A DNA stretch of 64,000 bases, taken from contig CAZHXX010000001.1 in NCBI GenBank assembly GCA_964536485.1, forward strand, positions 149,643 through 213,642. Direction: 5' to 3'. The notes below the pieces were generated by a model that saw nothing but the letters and a program-made list of their open reading frames with translations, did no database searches and was not told where the DNA came from. Source of the DNA: an uncultured Candidatus Saccharibacteria bacterium (lineage in GTDB: Bacteria; Patescibacteriota; Saccharimonadia; Saccharimonadales; SZUA-47). This document shows, piece after piece, positions 34,840 to 42,740 of this stretch. Positions within the stretch are counted from its first letter, which is position 1. Each line of letters starts with the position of its first letter. The position numbers and the translations under genes were made by a program.

Positions 34840-35316
34840 ATGATGATTGAAAAAGAATTACTCACAAAAGTGCGGCATGTGGCGCTCGCTACAGTAAATG
34901 AGGATGGGACTCCGCATAACACGCCACTTTTTTTCATCTATAGTGGAGATCTAAAGAAGTTTTATATGAGTACACATCCGCTATCTTTGCACGCGAAAAA
35001 TGTTATGAGAACGGGGGAAGGGTTTGCTGTTGTCTACGATTCGGCAGTTTTTATCGGTGGTATCTATCTTACACTTGATAATTTTAGAGTTATTCTCGGA
35101 AAAGATTTAGCTGAAGGCATGAAGACGTATAACGAAACACGTAGAAGATGGGCCATGGAAGCATCAGCTATTGAAGACTATCTGGATCCAAACGAAAGAA
35201 GGCTTTACTGTGCAGATATTAAGAAAATTGAGGTATATGGGTCAAAAGAAACTCATGAGGGTAAAATTTTAAACGAAATGCGAGTTCAAGTTAGTCCTGA
35301 GGAACTACTTAGTTGA
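34840..35316 (+). CDS. pyridoxamine 5'-phosphate oxidase-family (FMN-binding split-barrel) protein
   Basis: LLTKVRHVALATVNEDGTPHNTPLFF pattern. Confidence 0.7.
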   Translation: MMIEKELLTKVRHVALATVNEDGTPHNTPLFFIYSGDLKKFYMSTHPLSLHAKNVMRTGEGFAVVYDSAVFIGGIYLTLDNFRVILGKDLAEGMKTYNETRRRWAMEASAIEDYLDPNERRLYCADIKKIEVYGSKETHEGKILNEMRVQVSPEELLS

Positions 35317-35858
35317 TAAAATTCTATTTCGTAAGACACGGTCAGAGTGAAGCGAATGTCGCAGGCATAATAGGAGTGCCTAGCACCAAACTTACAGAGA
35401 TTGGGATTGAACAGGCTATAAAAACTGGCAAAATGCTGAAAGGTAGGGGAATTACTAAGATTTTATGCTCACCGTATATTAGAGCGCAACAAACAGCACA
35501 AGTTATAGCCAGTGAACTGGGTCTTCCGACTAGCAGAATCGAAATAGTTGACGAGTTGCACGAACGTCGGCTGGGAGATGCTGAAGGAAAACCAAAAAAA
35601 GATTCTAAAGAGTGGTTTTTCCTACGGGATGATAAAGTTCGTGGTCAAGAGCCGACTGATGAGGTGATTAAACGTAGCTTGTACGTTCTTAAAAAGATTG
35701 AGTCTGAAACAGAGCACGAAGTATTGGTAGTTGTTGGGCATTCTGTGGCTGGCTTTTACTTACTTCAGCTATCGAAAGGAAATCTTAGCCTTGAAGAGTT
35801 TGACCCAGTTGAACAATTAGACAACGCTGGTTTTATTGAGGTTATAATTGACAAGTAA
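35313..35858 (+). CDS. histidine phosphatase family protein (phosphoglycerate mutase-like)
   Basis: FYFVRHGQSEAN...SPYIRAQQTA...VVGHS. TTG start overlapping the upstream stop. Confidence 0.8.
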   Translation: MIKFYFVRHGQSEANVAGIIGVPSTKLTEIGIEQAIKTGKMLKGRGITKILCSPYIRAQQTAQVIASELGLPTSRIEIVDELHERRLGDAEGKPKKDSKEWFFLRDDKVRGQEPTDEVIKRSLYVLKKIESETEHEVLVVVGHSVAGFYLLQLSKGNLSLEEFDPVEQLDNAGFIEVIIDK

Positions 35859-35893
35859 AAAACAACAATCAACTCTGATGTTACAATTTAGTA

Positions 35894-36472
35894 ATGATTA
35901 AAGCCATTGTCTTCGACTGTTTTGGCGTTATTGTAGCCGATACCACAGAAGCTACATACAAGTTGCTTGGTGGTGACAGCGAAAAGGACAAAGAGTTTCT
36001 AAGAGATATTTATCACAAAAGTAGCAGTGGGCTTATTCCTGCTGCCTCCCCATTTATTGCAGAAAGACTTGGTGTCCCAATTGAGACTTGGGAGCAAGAG
36101 TTGAAGAACGGCAGGACAATAAACGAAGAATTGCTCCTGTATATAAAAACGCTCAAAAAAAGCTATAAAGTAGGTATGCTGTCCAATGTAAGTTCTTTGG
36201 GACTACAACGATTTATTACTCAAGAGCGTCTTGCTGAATATTTTGAAACAGTCGTTGAGTCACATGTCATAGGTTTTGCTAAACCAGAAGCAAGAGCATA
36301 TGAAATTGTCGCCGAGAGTCTTAACGTGCGCTTGGATGAATGCATTTTTACGGATGATAGAGAGGAATATATTGAAGGTGCTCAACATGTAGGCATGAAG
36401 ACGATTTTGTTCACGAATACGGGACAATTTAAGAGGGACCTTGAGGCTTTGTTGAGCAAGGAGAAAGAGTAG
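35894..36472 (+). CDS. HAD-family hydrolase (paralog 1, DCFGV type)
   Basis: MIKAIVFDCFGVIV, MLSNV, KPE...FTDDREEYIEGAQHVGMKTILF. TACAAT at 35882-35887. Confidence 0.85.
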   Translation: MIKAIVFDCFGVIVADTTEATYKLLGGDSEKDKEFLRDIYHKSSSGLIPAASPFIAERLGVPIETWEQELKNGRTINEELLLYIKTLKKSYKVGMLSNVSSLGLQRFITQERLAEYFETVVESHVIGFAKPEARAYEIVAESLNVRLDECIFTDDREEYIEGAQHVGMKTILFTNTGQFKRDLEALLSKEKE

Positions 36473-37110
36473 TGGGTATACCCGAACAAAAAACCATGTG
36501 GGATAAAATACATGCAGAGCGTGAAGACGAGTTCCTCTCAAACGAGCCGAACGAATTTGCTCAAAAGCTAAGTAAGAAACTCAAGAAAAATGCTCTCTTA
36601 CTAGAGCTAGGATGTGGTAAAGGAAGAGATGCGCGATATTTTTCTCAGAAGGGGCTCACTGTTTTAGCGACAGACTTTTCTGAAGTGGCTGTAGATAAAA
36701 ATCGATCTAACTCTCAAAATAGTTCCCTGGCCTTTGAAAAGCTTGATATGCGACATAAGTTTCCTTATGTAAGTAAAAGATTTGATGTGGTGTACTCACA
36801 TCTAGCGCTTCATTATTACACCGACGAGGAGACGAAGGGTATATTCAACGAAATACATAGAGTTTTAAAAGAGGGAGGCCTCTTTGCTTTCGTGTGTAAA
36901 ACATATGATAAAAATCGCATGGAGAATGCACAAGAAATAGAAAAATCAGTATTCTTGGACAAGAATAATCATGTTCTACATGCTTTTTCTAAGGAGTTTG
37001 TTGAGCTACTAGTCTCTGATTTATTTAAAATTGAATCCATGGTAGAAGAAGAAAGAATTTACTATGGCAAACCATCCATAATGCTTGAATGTATAGCGAG
37101 AAAAATATGA
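36472..37110 (+). CDS. class I SAM-dependent methyltransferase
   Basis: LLELGCGKGRDARYF (motif I), DVVYSHLALHY. GTG at 36472, or possibly ATG at 36496. Confidence 0.8.
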   Translation: MGIPEQKTMWDKIHAEREDEFLSNEPNEFAQKLSKKLKKNALLLELGCGKGRDARYFSQKGLTVLATDFSEVAVDKNRSNSQNSSLAFEKLDMRHKFPYVSKRFDVVYSHLALHYYTDEETKGIFNEIHRVLKEGGLFAFVCKTYDKNRMENAQEIEKSVFLDKNNHVLHAFSKEFVELLVSDLFKIESMVEEERIYYGKPSIMLECIARKI

Positions 37111-37688
37111 TTAAAGCCATTATCTTCGATTGTTTTGGAGTCGTAGTTTCTGATACGTTGCAGGCTGCATATGAAACATTGGGTGGAGACTTTGAAAAAG
37201 ACCTGCCATTTATACGTGAAGTTTTGGCTGCAACAGACCGTGGGGAAGTGTACCGTTCCTACCAACCTATAGCAGAGCATTTAGGAGTGACAGTAGATAC
37301 GTGGGTGGACGCACTTGCTTCGGGACGCAAAATAAACATGCAACTCCTAGAATACGTAAAAGAATTAGGTACAAAATACAAAGTTGGCATGCTGTCGAAC
37401 GTGGGTAAGGGAAGACTCCCTGAGTTGTTTGGAGAAGGATTCTTGGAAGGATATTTTGATGTGGTGGTGGCATCCGGTGACATTGGGTTTGCCAAGCCCC
37501 AAGCACGCGCTTACGAATATGTAGCTGACCAAATTGGGGTTCGCTTAGACGAATGCGTGTTTACGGATGATAGAGAAGAATATATTGAGGGTGCGCAACA
37601 CGTTGGCATGAAGACGATTTTGTTCACTGGTACAGAGAAGTTTAAGGCTGAGCTTGAAGAAATGCTTCTTTTGGATAAAAGTAAGTAA
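37107..37688 (+). CDS. HAD-family hydrolase (paralog 2)
   Basis: MIKAIIFDCFGVVV. ATGA overlap with the methyltransferase stop. The 3' third is near-identical at nucleotide level to paralog 1. Confidence 0.85.
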   Translation: MIKAIIFDCFGVVVSDTLQAAYETLGGDFEKDLPFIREVLAATDRGEVYRSYQPIAEHLGVTVDTWVDALASGRKINMQLLEYVKELGTKYKVGMLSNVGKGRLPELFGEGFLEGYFDVVVASGDIGFAKPQARAYEYVADQIGVRLDECVFTDDREEYIEGAQHVGMKTILFTGTEKFKAELEEMLLLDKSK

Positions 37689-37693
37689 AATTT

Positions 37694-37721
37694 TTGCAAC
37701 TTTTGTTAGTCAAATTACAAT
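37694..37721 (+). promoter_or_regulatory. candidate sigma-70 promoter for unit L
   Basis: TTGCAA (37694-37699), 16-nt spacer, TACAAT (37716-37721). Confidence 0.5.
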
Positions 37722-37936
37722 GGGCTTTTCGCGCCCATACCCACGCCATACTTTTGACTACAGTCTCAAAAGTATGCAAAAAGTCCGCAGCATGCAAGAA
37801 AAGTACTATTGCCCCTCTCTTAAAATGTAGTGTTCCTGCGGAACGCAAGCGACCACAATAGTTACTGAAAAGGAGTATTGTGGTTGGTCCTCGGAAGTGA
37901 TTCACTACATTTTGAGAGAGGGGCATCGGTTTTCTT
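37720..37936 (+). ncRNA. candidate structured RNA, unit L (unclassified)
   Basis: Hairpins at 37720-37738 and 37747-37776. 22-bp helix 37811-37832/37903-37924 enclosing the hairpin 37852-37884. T-run at 37930-37936. Homologous to unit R with compensatory changes. Confidence 0.55.
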
Positions 37937-37982
37937 GCGGTGCTGGAGAGCTACGGAGCTACTGTAGCCACACCAGCCTTTA

Positions 37983-38216
37983 CCCTAAAAACCGAGAAAA
38001 TGAGACAGAAGACAAAGGAGTCATTGCCGAGGACATGGCAACATACTCTTAACAAATAACTATGTTGCCCGACCGTAAGGGAGTTCCGCAGGCACGTTTG
38101 TTCTTGTGTTCTATTTTCATCGTTTGTTTTTGGGGAGGCTGCGGGGTTTTTGCTTACTTTTGCACCTGCAGGCAAAAGTAAGGCTGGGTAAAGGGCAGGC
38201 ATCTCCCTTTTAGTGA
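37983..38216 (-). ncRNA. candidate structured RNA, unit R (diverged inverted paralog of L)
   Basis: Same element order on the minus strand: 38210-38190, 38182-38153, helix 38122-38097/38016-37993, hairpin 38069-38037, T-run (fw A-run 37987-37991). Confidence 0.5.
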
Positions 38217-38257
38217 ATCAGGCAGGAACTGGTATATTTCGGTGATACAATCTAGTA

Positions 38258-38824
38258 ATGATTAAAGCCATTATCTTCGACTGTTTTGGGGTCCTAGTCA
38301 CCAGCTCTTACGAACCATTCAAACAAAAATATTTCCACGGTGACGCAGAACTTATTAGAAAATTTATCGAGATAGAAGACCTCTCAAGTAGGGGAGAGAT
38401 AACTCTTGAAGAAGCGGAGCAAGGATTTGCTGATTTGGCGGGAATTTCTCTTGAGCAGTGTGCTCACGAGCTGGCGCAAAATCCGCGCAACGAGAGCCTG
38501 CTTGCATATATTCCAGAATCGTTAAAGGGCGTATATAAAATTGGATTCCTTTCAAACGTTGCGAAAGACCGCACGCATGAGCTGTTTACAGATACCGATA
38601 TTGCGCTGTTTGATGATATGGTCTTGTCGTTTCAGGTAGGCATGGCAAAGCCAGAACCAGAGATTTTCCGACTGTCTGCTCAGCGTTTGGGTGTTCAACC
38701 TGAAGAATGCGTGTTTTTGGATGATTTGAGCAAATATCTCGTTGGCGCAGAAGAAGCGGGCATGCACACTATTTTGTTCAAAAATACCGAGCAGTTTAAG
38801 AGGGATTTAGCAAAACTGCTATAG
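38258..38824 (+). CDS. HAD-family hydrolase (paralog 3)
   Basis: MIKAIIFDCFGVLV, FLSNV, KPE...FLDD. TACAAT at 38246-38251. Confidence 0.85.
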   Translation: MIKAIIFDCFGVLVTSSYEPFKQKYFHGDAELIRKFIEIEDLSSRGEITLEEAEQGFADLAGISLEQCAHELAQNPRNESLLAYIPESLKGVYKIGFLSNVAKDRTHELFTDTDIALFDDMVLSFQVGMAKPEPEIFRLSAQRLGVQPEECVFLDDLSKYLVGAEEAGMHTILFKNTEQFKRDLAKLL

Positions 38825-38831
38825 TAGTAAA

Positions 38832-39377
38832 ATGTTTCCATTTCTTTTACTTTTCTCACCAATTGCTGTAGTAAATCTTTGGCATGGATATCTGCTTGGA
38901 AGCCGAAGAGATGACGGCAAGCCGCACACGATCAGTGAACATGGGGCAGCGAATGTACAGCTACTATTAATCCATCGTGCACTGCATATTTCAGCTTCAG
39001 TATTTCTTATAACCTATGCACTTACCTTTTTACGAGAGCACGGTCTTATACTTGCTATGACCTTTCTTACTGTTGGGGCGATATGCGACATTGCTGAAGT
39101 TCTTGCACTTAAGCTAAATGTTAAGTTTGGTCCGGACCTTAGAGATGTGCATCAGCTTACAGCATGGGGAATGGCGTTTTGTTATATGGCCTTTGCTATA
39201 ACGATAGCGCTCGCGGCCCATTTTTCGGGGTTTGTGGTAAACGGCGTGTGGTTGGTCTTTCTCGCGATGTTACTTATGTCTATCAAACAGAAGTTCTATA
39301 AATTTTGGGTTTACCAAATGACATACTTTGTGATGCTTTCGGTGGTAATACTTGCTTCGCACGTTGCTATTGCATAG
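38832..39377 (+). CDS. multi-pass membrane protein, hypothetical
   Basis: Five or so hydrophobic helices. Confidence 0.6.
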   Translation: MFPFLLLFSPIAVVNLWHGYLLGSRRDDGKPHTISEHGAANVQLLLIHRALHISASVFLITYALTFLREHGLILAMTFLTVGAICDIAEVLALKLNVKFGPDLRDVHQLTAWGMAFCYMAFAITIALAAHFSGFVVNGVWLVFLAMLLMSIKQKFYKFWVYQMTYFVMLSVVILASHVAIA

Positions 39378-39458
39378 GGGTGCACCCTAAAAAGCATAAG
39401 TAATTATCAAAAACATTAATTTGAAGAAAAGACTAGTACAGTAGCATATACTAAACAT

Positions 39459-40109
39459 ATGCTAGACAATCTTGAGAGGCTGTCACCACCAAGACGTAGA
39501 AGACTATGGCCGTATGCAATGCTTGCTATCGCCGCAGCTGGAGGTACATTTTATTTAGGTAAAAAAGATACCGGTGAGGTAGAGCAGAATGTTCCAGCTA
39601 CTTCAACTACTGCGGTATTCGAGCTAGACACACAGACATTACCTCCGACTCTACCACCAGGTGAGGTGGCAACAACTATTGCAGAGGGAACTATACTCCC
39701 CATAGATCACCACCCTAGCACACTACCGAGCGATACGATTGCCCCAACAATAACTGTCCAAACAGCGGGCAGTACAGAGGCTGTAACGACCGAAGCGCAC
39801 GATCACCCCGCGCCTGCGATTACCATTGGGCAAGAGACTGCTCCGCAAGTTGCAACGCCCGCACCAGCAGATACGCATCAGCACCCCGCGCCTGTTATTC
39901 CTGTGGCTGAACAACCAGTAACAGTGACTACTGCAGTAGCGCACGATCACCCTGCGCCTGTAGTTGTCGTAACACCAGGTACTCCAGCTCCCACGACTCT
40001 AGCCCCTGTAGAGACAGCACCGGCAACACTTGCACCTGTGGGAACTCCAGAGACTGTCCCGCCAACGCTCGCACCACCCGTAGGAACAATACTGGCCCCG
40101 TCAGGGTAA
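39459..40109 (+). CDS. membrane-anchored Pro/Thr-rich protein with three H(D/Q)HPAP repeats
   Basis: N-terminal TM (LWPYAMLAIAAAGGTFYL). Repeats AHDHPAPAI, THQHPAPVI and AHDHPAPVV. Confidence 0.65.
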   Translation: MLDNLERLSPPRRRRLWPYAMLAIAAAGGTFYLGKKDTGEVEQNVPATSTTAVFELDTQTLPPTLPPGEVATTIAEGTILPIDHHPSTLPSDTIAPTITVQTAGSTEAVTTEAHDHPAPAITIGQETAPQVATPAPADTHQHPAPVIPVAEQPVTVTTAVAHDHPAPVVVVTPGTPAPTTLAPVETAPATLAPVGTPETVPPTLAPPVGTILAPSG

Positions 40110-40138
40110 AATAAGAGAGAAGAAGGAGTGTTTAGACT

Positions 40139-41392
40139 ATGAAACGAAAAATCTGTTCAGCACTGTTGGTCGTATTGGTGTCTGCATTTTCTTTTGCGTC
40201 GGGAAGTGCGCAAACAATAAGTAGTGGAACAAGTACGATGATGACGAGTTACCAAGTGACTACTGTTGGATCAACCAACTGGGCTACAACCTTAACTGCC
40301 CCGGCAGGGACGACAGTCTCTTGGCTGTTAAGCTATCACAATATGGGGACAGCAAATGTTGGAAAGCTTATTATTTCTTCGTCGCTGGTCTCTAACCAGA
40401 CGCTTGTCCCTGGAAGTGTGATGTGGTTTGACGGAAACTTTCCAAATGGGTACAAACTGAGCGACACTGGCCTATTTGATGCAGGAGTCGATGTTGGGGG
40501 TGTGGCAGCAGGAACGAATGGCTTCATACGGTACCGAACTCAATCGGTAGAAGCGACGCCTTGTGGCATAAAGAGTGAATCAGCTGGTTATTTTGATGCG
40601 GATGGTGTGAAGAGTACCTATAAGGCAACTTTTTCAACGCCGGCTTGCATAGAACCAATTGCCTCATCGACAGTGCAAGTACCACCAACGACGGTAACAA
40701 CAGCCACTGCCACTCCTGTGGCAACAGCTGATACGACAACTCACGACCACACAACTACGACAGATCAGCAAACGACCACTACAAGCTCGTCTGCATCATC
40801 AGTAACAAGTACCAGCGGTAGCGTTACTGCTACGGCAACGCCTGTAACTACAACAGCAACTTCCTCGCCAACAACTGCAACAGTTCATGAAGGACACACT
40901 ACCAGTACACCTGCTAGTACTGATATCGTTAGTAGCGCAGTAGTTACTTCAACTAACGTGGTGCCTGCAACTGATAGTACGTCTCTAGCTCAAACAACCA
41001 ACGAGTCTGAAAGCACCGTACACGATCATAGTGTTACGTCACCTCAAGTTACGACTACCGCGCCGGTTGTCGCACAGGCAACGCAAGTAGCCACTCTAAC
41101 AGCAACTGAAGCCTCTACTCACACAAATCATGATGTGAGCACGCAGACAGCAGCAGCAACACAGGTGGCAGGCGCAAGTAATGAACCTGCTGCTCATAGT
41201 GACCACACCACCACTACTTCACCTACTGTAACTACTAGCGAATCAACCGAACATGCAGGCCACACTATCCCTGCTACTGGTGGTAATCCTTTATGGTTGA
41301 TGAGCGGGGCACTCGCACTTGGCTATATTGGAAAACTTCTCTTTCTAAAGCGAAGAATGCGAACCCAGCCAGTAATGATCTATTGGCAATAA
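40139..41392 (+). CDS. secreted cell-wall-anchored protein (LPXTG-like IPATG sorting signal) with Thr/Ser-rich His-pair repeats
   Basis: Signal peptide, beta-rich N-domain, repeats HDH/HEGH/HDH/HTNH/HSDH/HAGH. IPATG at 41267-41281, then a hydrophobic stretch and KRRMR. Confidence 0.75.
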   Translation: MKRKICSALLVVLVSAFSFASGSAQTISSGTSTMMTSYQVTTVGSTNWATTLTAPAGTTVSWLLSYHNMGTANVGKLIISSSLVSNQTLVPGSVMWFDGNFPNGYKLSDTGLFDAGVDVGGVAAGTNGFIRYRTQSVEATPCGIKSESAGYFDADGVKSTYKATFSTPACIEPIASSTVQVPPTTVTTATATPVATADTTTHDHTTTTDQQTTTTSSSASSVTSTSGSVTATATPVTTTATSSPTTATVHEGHTTSTPASTDIVSSAVVTSTNVVPATDSTSLAQTTNESESTVHDHSVTSPQVTTTAPVVAQATQVATLTATEASTHTNHDVSTQTAAATQVAGASNEPAAHSDHTTTTSPTVTTSESTEHAGHTIPATGGNPLWLMSGALALGYIGKLLFLKRRMRTQPVMIYWQ

Positions 41393-41393
41393 A

Positions 41394-41960
41394 ATGAGTA
41401 CTAATGGAGAGATACGACATTTTGAAGTAGCCCAGCAACGCCATCGTTGGCCGTTGCGTAAGTTTGCTGGGCTTGTCGTCGCAGCTGCAACAGGTGTTGC
41501 GGGTGGAATACTGTTAACGAAAGAATATCAGTTGCAACACACTGAGAAGCCGAGCTCATCTACATCTGCTCCAGGAACTACTGAAGTTTTTGCACCGACA
41601 GCTGAAACAGAGGGTATCCAAGCACTCTATATATGTACGATTCAGAATGCAGACGGAAGTGTTAGTACAGTAGAGATTAATATTTATGGTCCAGAAACCC
41701 CGGTTGAAATTGCAAAGATTCTCGCAGGCCAAACGGGAAGTGCCGCAGGAATATTGCTAGATGGTATAAACAGTTACAATGCTCGATATGGCGCTGATCT
41801 TGCGTTGCTTGTAGGAAATGATATGGAAGTCCTTAATCTTTCTGAAGGCATTGGCGCGAGCGCAATAACTTCGACGCAAGGTTTGGGGCTCAAGAATGAG
41901 ATACTCGGTGACTTTGTTCATCACGGTGAAGAAACAGTAGCTTCAACTCTCGCACCATAA
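41394..41960 (+). CDS. membrane-anchored hypothetical protein
   Basis: Single TM (FAGLVVAAATGVAGGILL). Start is 1 nt after the upstream stop. Confidence 0.6.
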   Translation: MSTNGEIRHFEVAQQRHRWPLRKFAGLVVAAATGVAGGILLTKEYQLQHTEKPSSSTSAPGTTEVFAPTAETEGIQALYICTIQNADGSVSTVEINIYGPETPVEIAKILAGQTGSAAGILLDGINSYNARYGADLALLVGNDMEVLNLSEGIGASAITSTQGLGLKNEILGDFVHHGEETVASTLAP

Positions 41961-42007
41961 ATATTTAGATAATTGACATAATGTTGTGTATGTGCAACAA
42001 TCTAGTC

Positions 42008-42235
42008 ATGATACACAATAGAATTGCCGTCTTGCGTACAGAAATGGGCTTAAGTAGGCAAGAGCTCGCCGACAAAGTCGGGGTTAATTATCAGACAATT
42101 GGGTTTATCGAGCGGGGTGATTATAGCCCTAGTTTGGAGCTCGCCTTTAAGTTTGCAGAACTATTTTCTGTTGAGCTTACCGATGTGTTTAACGATAAAC
42201 CGTTTAAACCACTCATAGAAAGGAAGAAATCGTGA
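42008..42235 (+). CDS. XRE/Cro-C1 family HTH transcriptional regulator (small, YozG-like)
   Basis: IAVLRTEMGLSRQELADKVGVNYQTIGFIERGDYSPSLELAFK. ATG at 42008, 6 nt after AACAAT. Confidence 0.85.
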   Translation: MIHNRIAVLRTEMGLSRQELADKVGVNYQTIGFIERGDYSPSLELAFKFAELFSVELTDVFNDKPFKPLIERKKS

Positions 42236-42687
42236 GTAAAAAGAAAATGAATGAGAAGTCAAAGAATGTCATTTTTTATAGAATCCTTGTGCTGTTAGCA
42301 ATGATATTTGGTTTTTGCGTGCTTCAGCTCACCTATCTATCAACAAACGAGCCACTTTATGAACATACGCGAAAGTATATATATGAAAACCTAGGCACAA
42401 CTTTCCTCGCCGGGTATATCGTACTTGGGATGTTTTTGGCCTGGAAGCATTCACAATATTGGCCTTTTCTAAGTAAAGTAGAGCGAAGGCTTCTTGATGA
42501 ACGGCAGGTTGACATTCGTGAACGAGTATTTGAGAGGTCATATAGAGCTCTTGCTAGCCTTGTGCTTGTAACGGTCATAATTTTCAACTCCACTAATAAT
42601 AGGATGCACGCAGTTCTTTTGTGGTTTAATATCGCAAGCTTTTTTCTGTTGCCGGTATTCATAGCCGCTTGGCGCAAAGATAGTTAA
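42232..42687 (+). CDS. membrane protein partner of the small HTH regulator
   Basis: 4-nt overlap with the HTH gene. Four TM helices. Confidence 0.6.
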   Translation: MSKKKMNEKSKNVIFYRILVLLAMIFGFCVLQLTYLSTNEPLYEHTRKYIYENLGTTFLAGYIVLGMFLAWKHSQYWPFLSKVERRLLDERQVDIRERVFERSYRALASLVLVTVIIFNSTNNRMHAVLLWFNIASFFLLPVFIAAWRKDS

Positions 42688-42740
42688 CGCTTTAGAAACA
42701 TAACCGTGTTAGAATTTCTTTATAAAGAGGAGTTCCATCT

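Noticed and set aside
37642-38202. Minus-strand ORFs 37642..37926 (94 aa) and 37951..38202 (83 aa) in the HAD-HAD gap.
   Set aside because: They have no RBS or promoter context, and their composition is odd (Cys/Arg/Phe-rich). They run straight through hairpins that are conserved between units L and R by compensatory changes, so an RNA/DNA structure explains the region better.
37690-38257. Whether the structured gap is tmRNA, RNase P RNA, SRP RNA, 6S RNA, a group I/II intron or a riboswitch.
   Set aside because: Several signatures were looked for on both strands and not found: a T-arm plus ACCA end and tag ORF (tmRNA); GGAAAGTCC / ACAGAA-CCGGCTTA (RNase P); the GGAA-tetraloop AGCA helix 8 motif (SRP); a domain V-like hairpin (group II intron). 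Only vague resemblances such as AAAGTCCGCAGC turned up. This was not verified computationally.
39700-41260. Nucleotide repeats in the surface-protein genes read as a possible DGR variable/template pair or a tandem-repeat array.
   Set aside because: The repeats are short, in-frame H(D/Q)HPAP- or T/S-rich coding repeats. There is no reverse transcriptase gene and no second (template) copy nearby.
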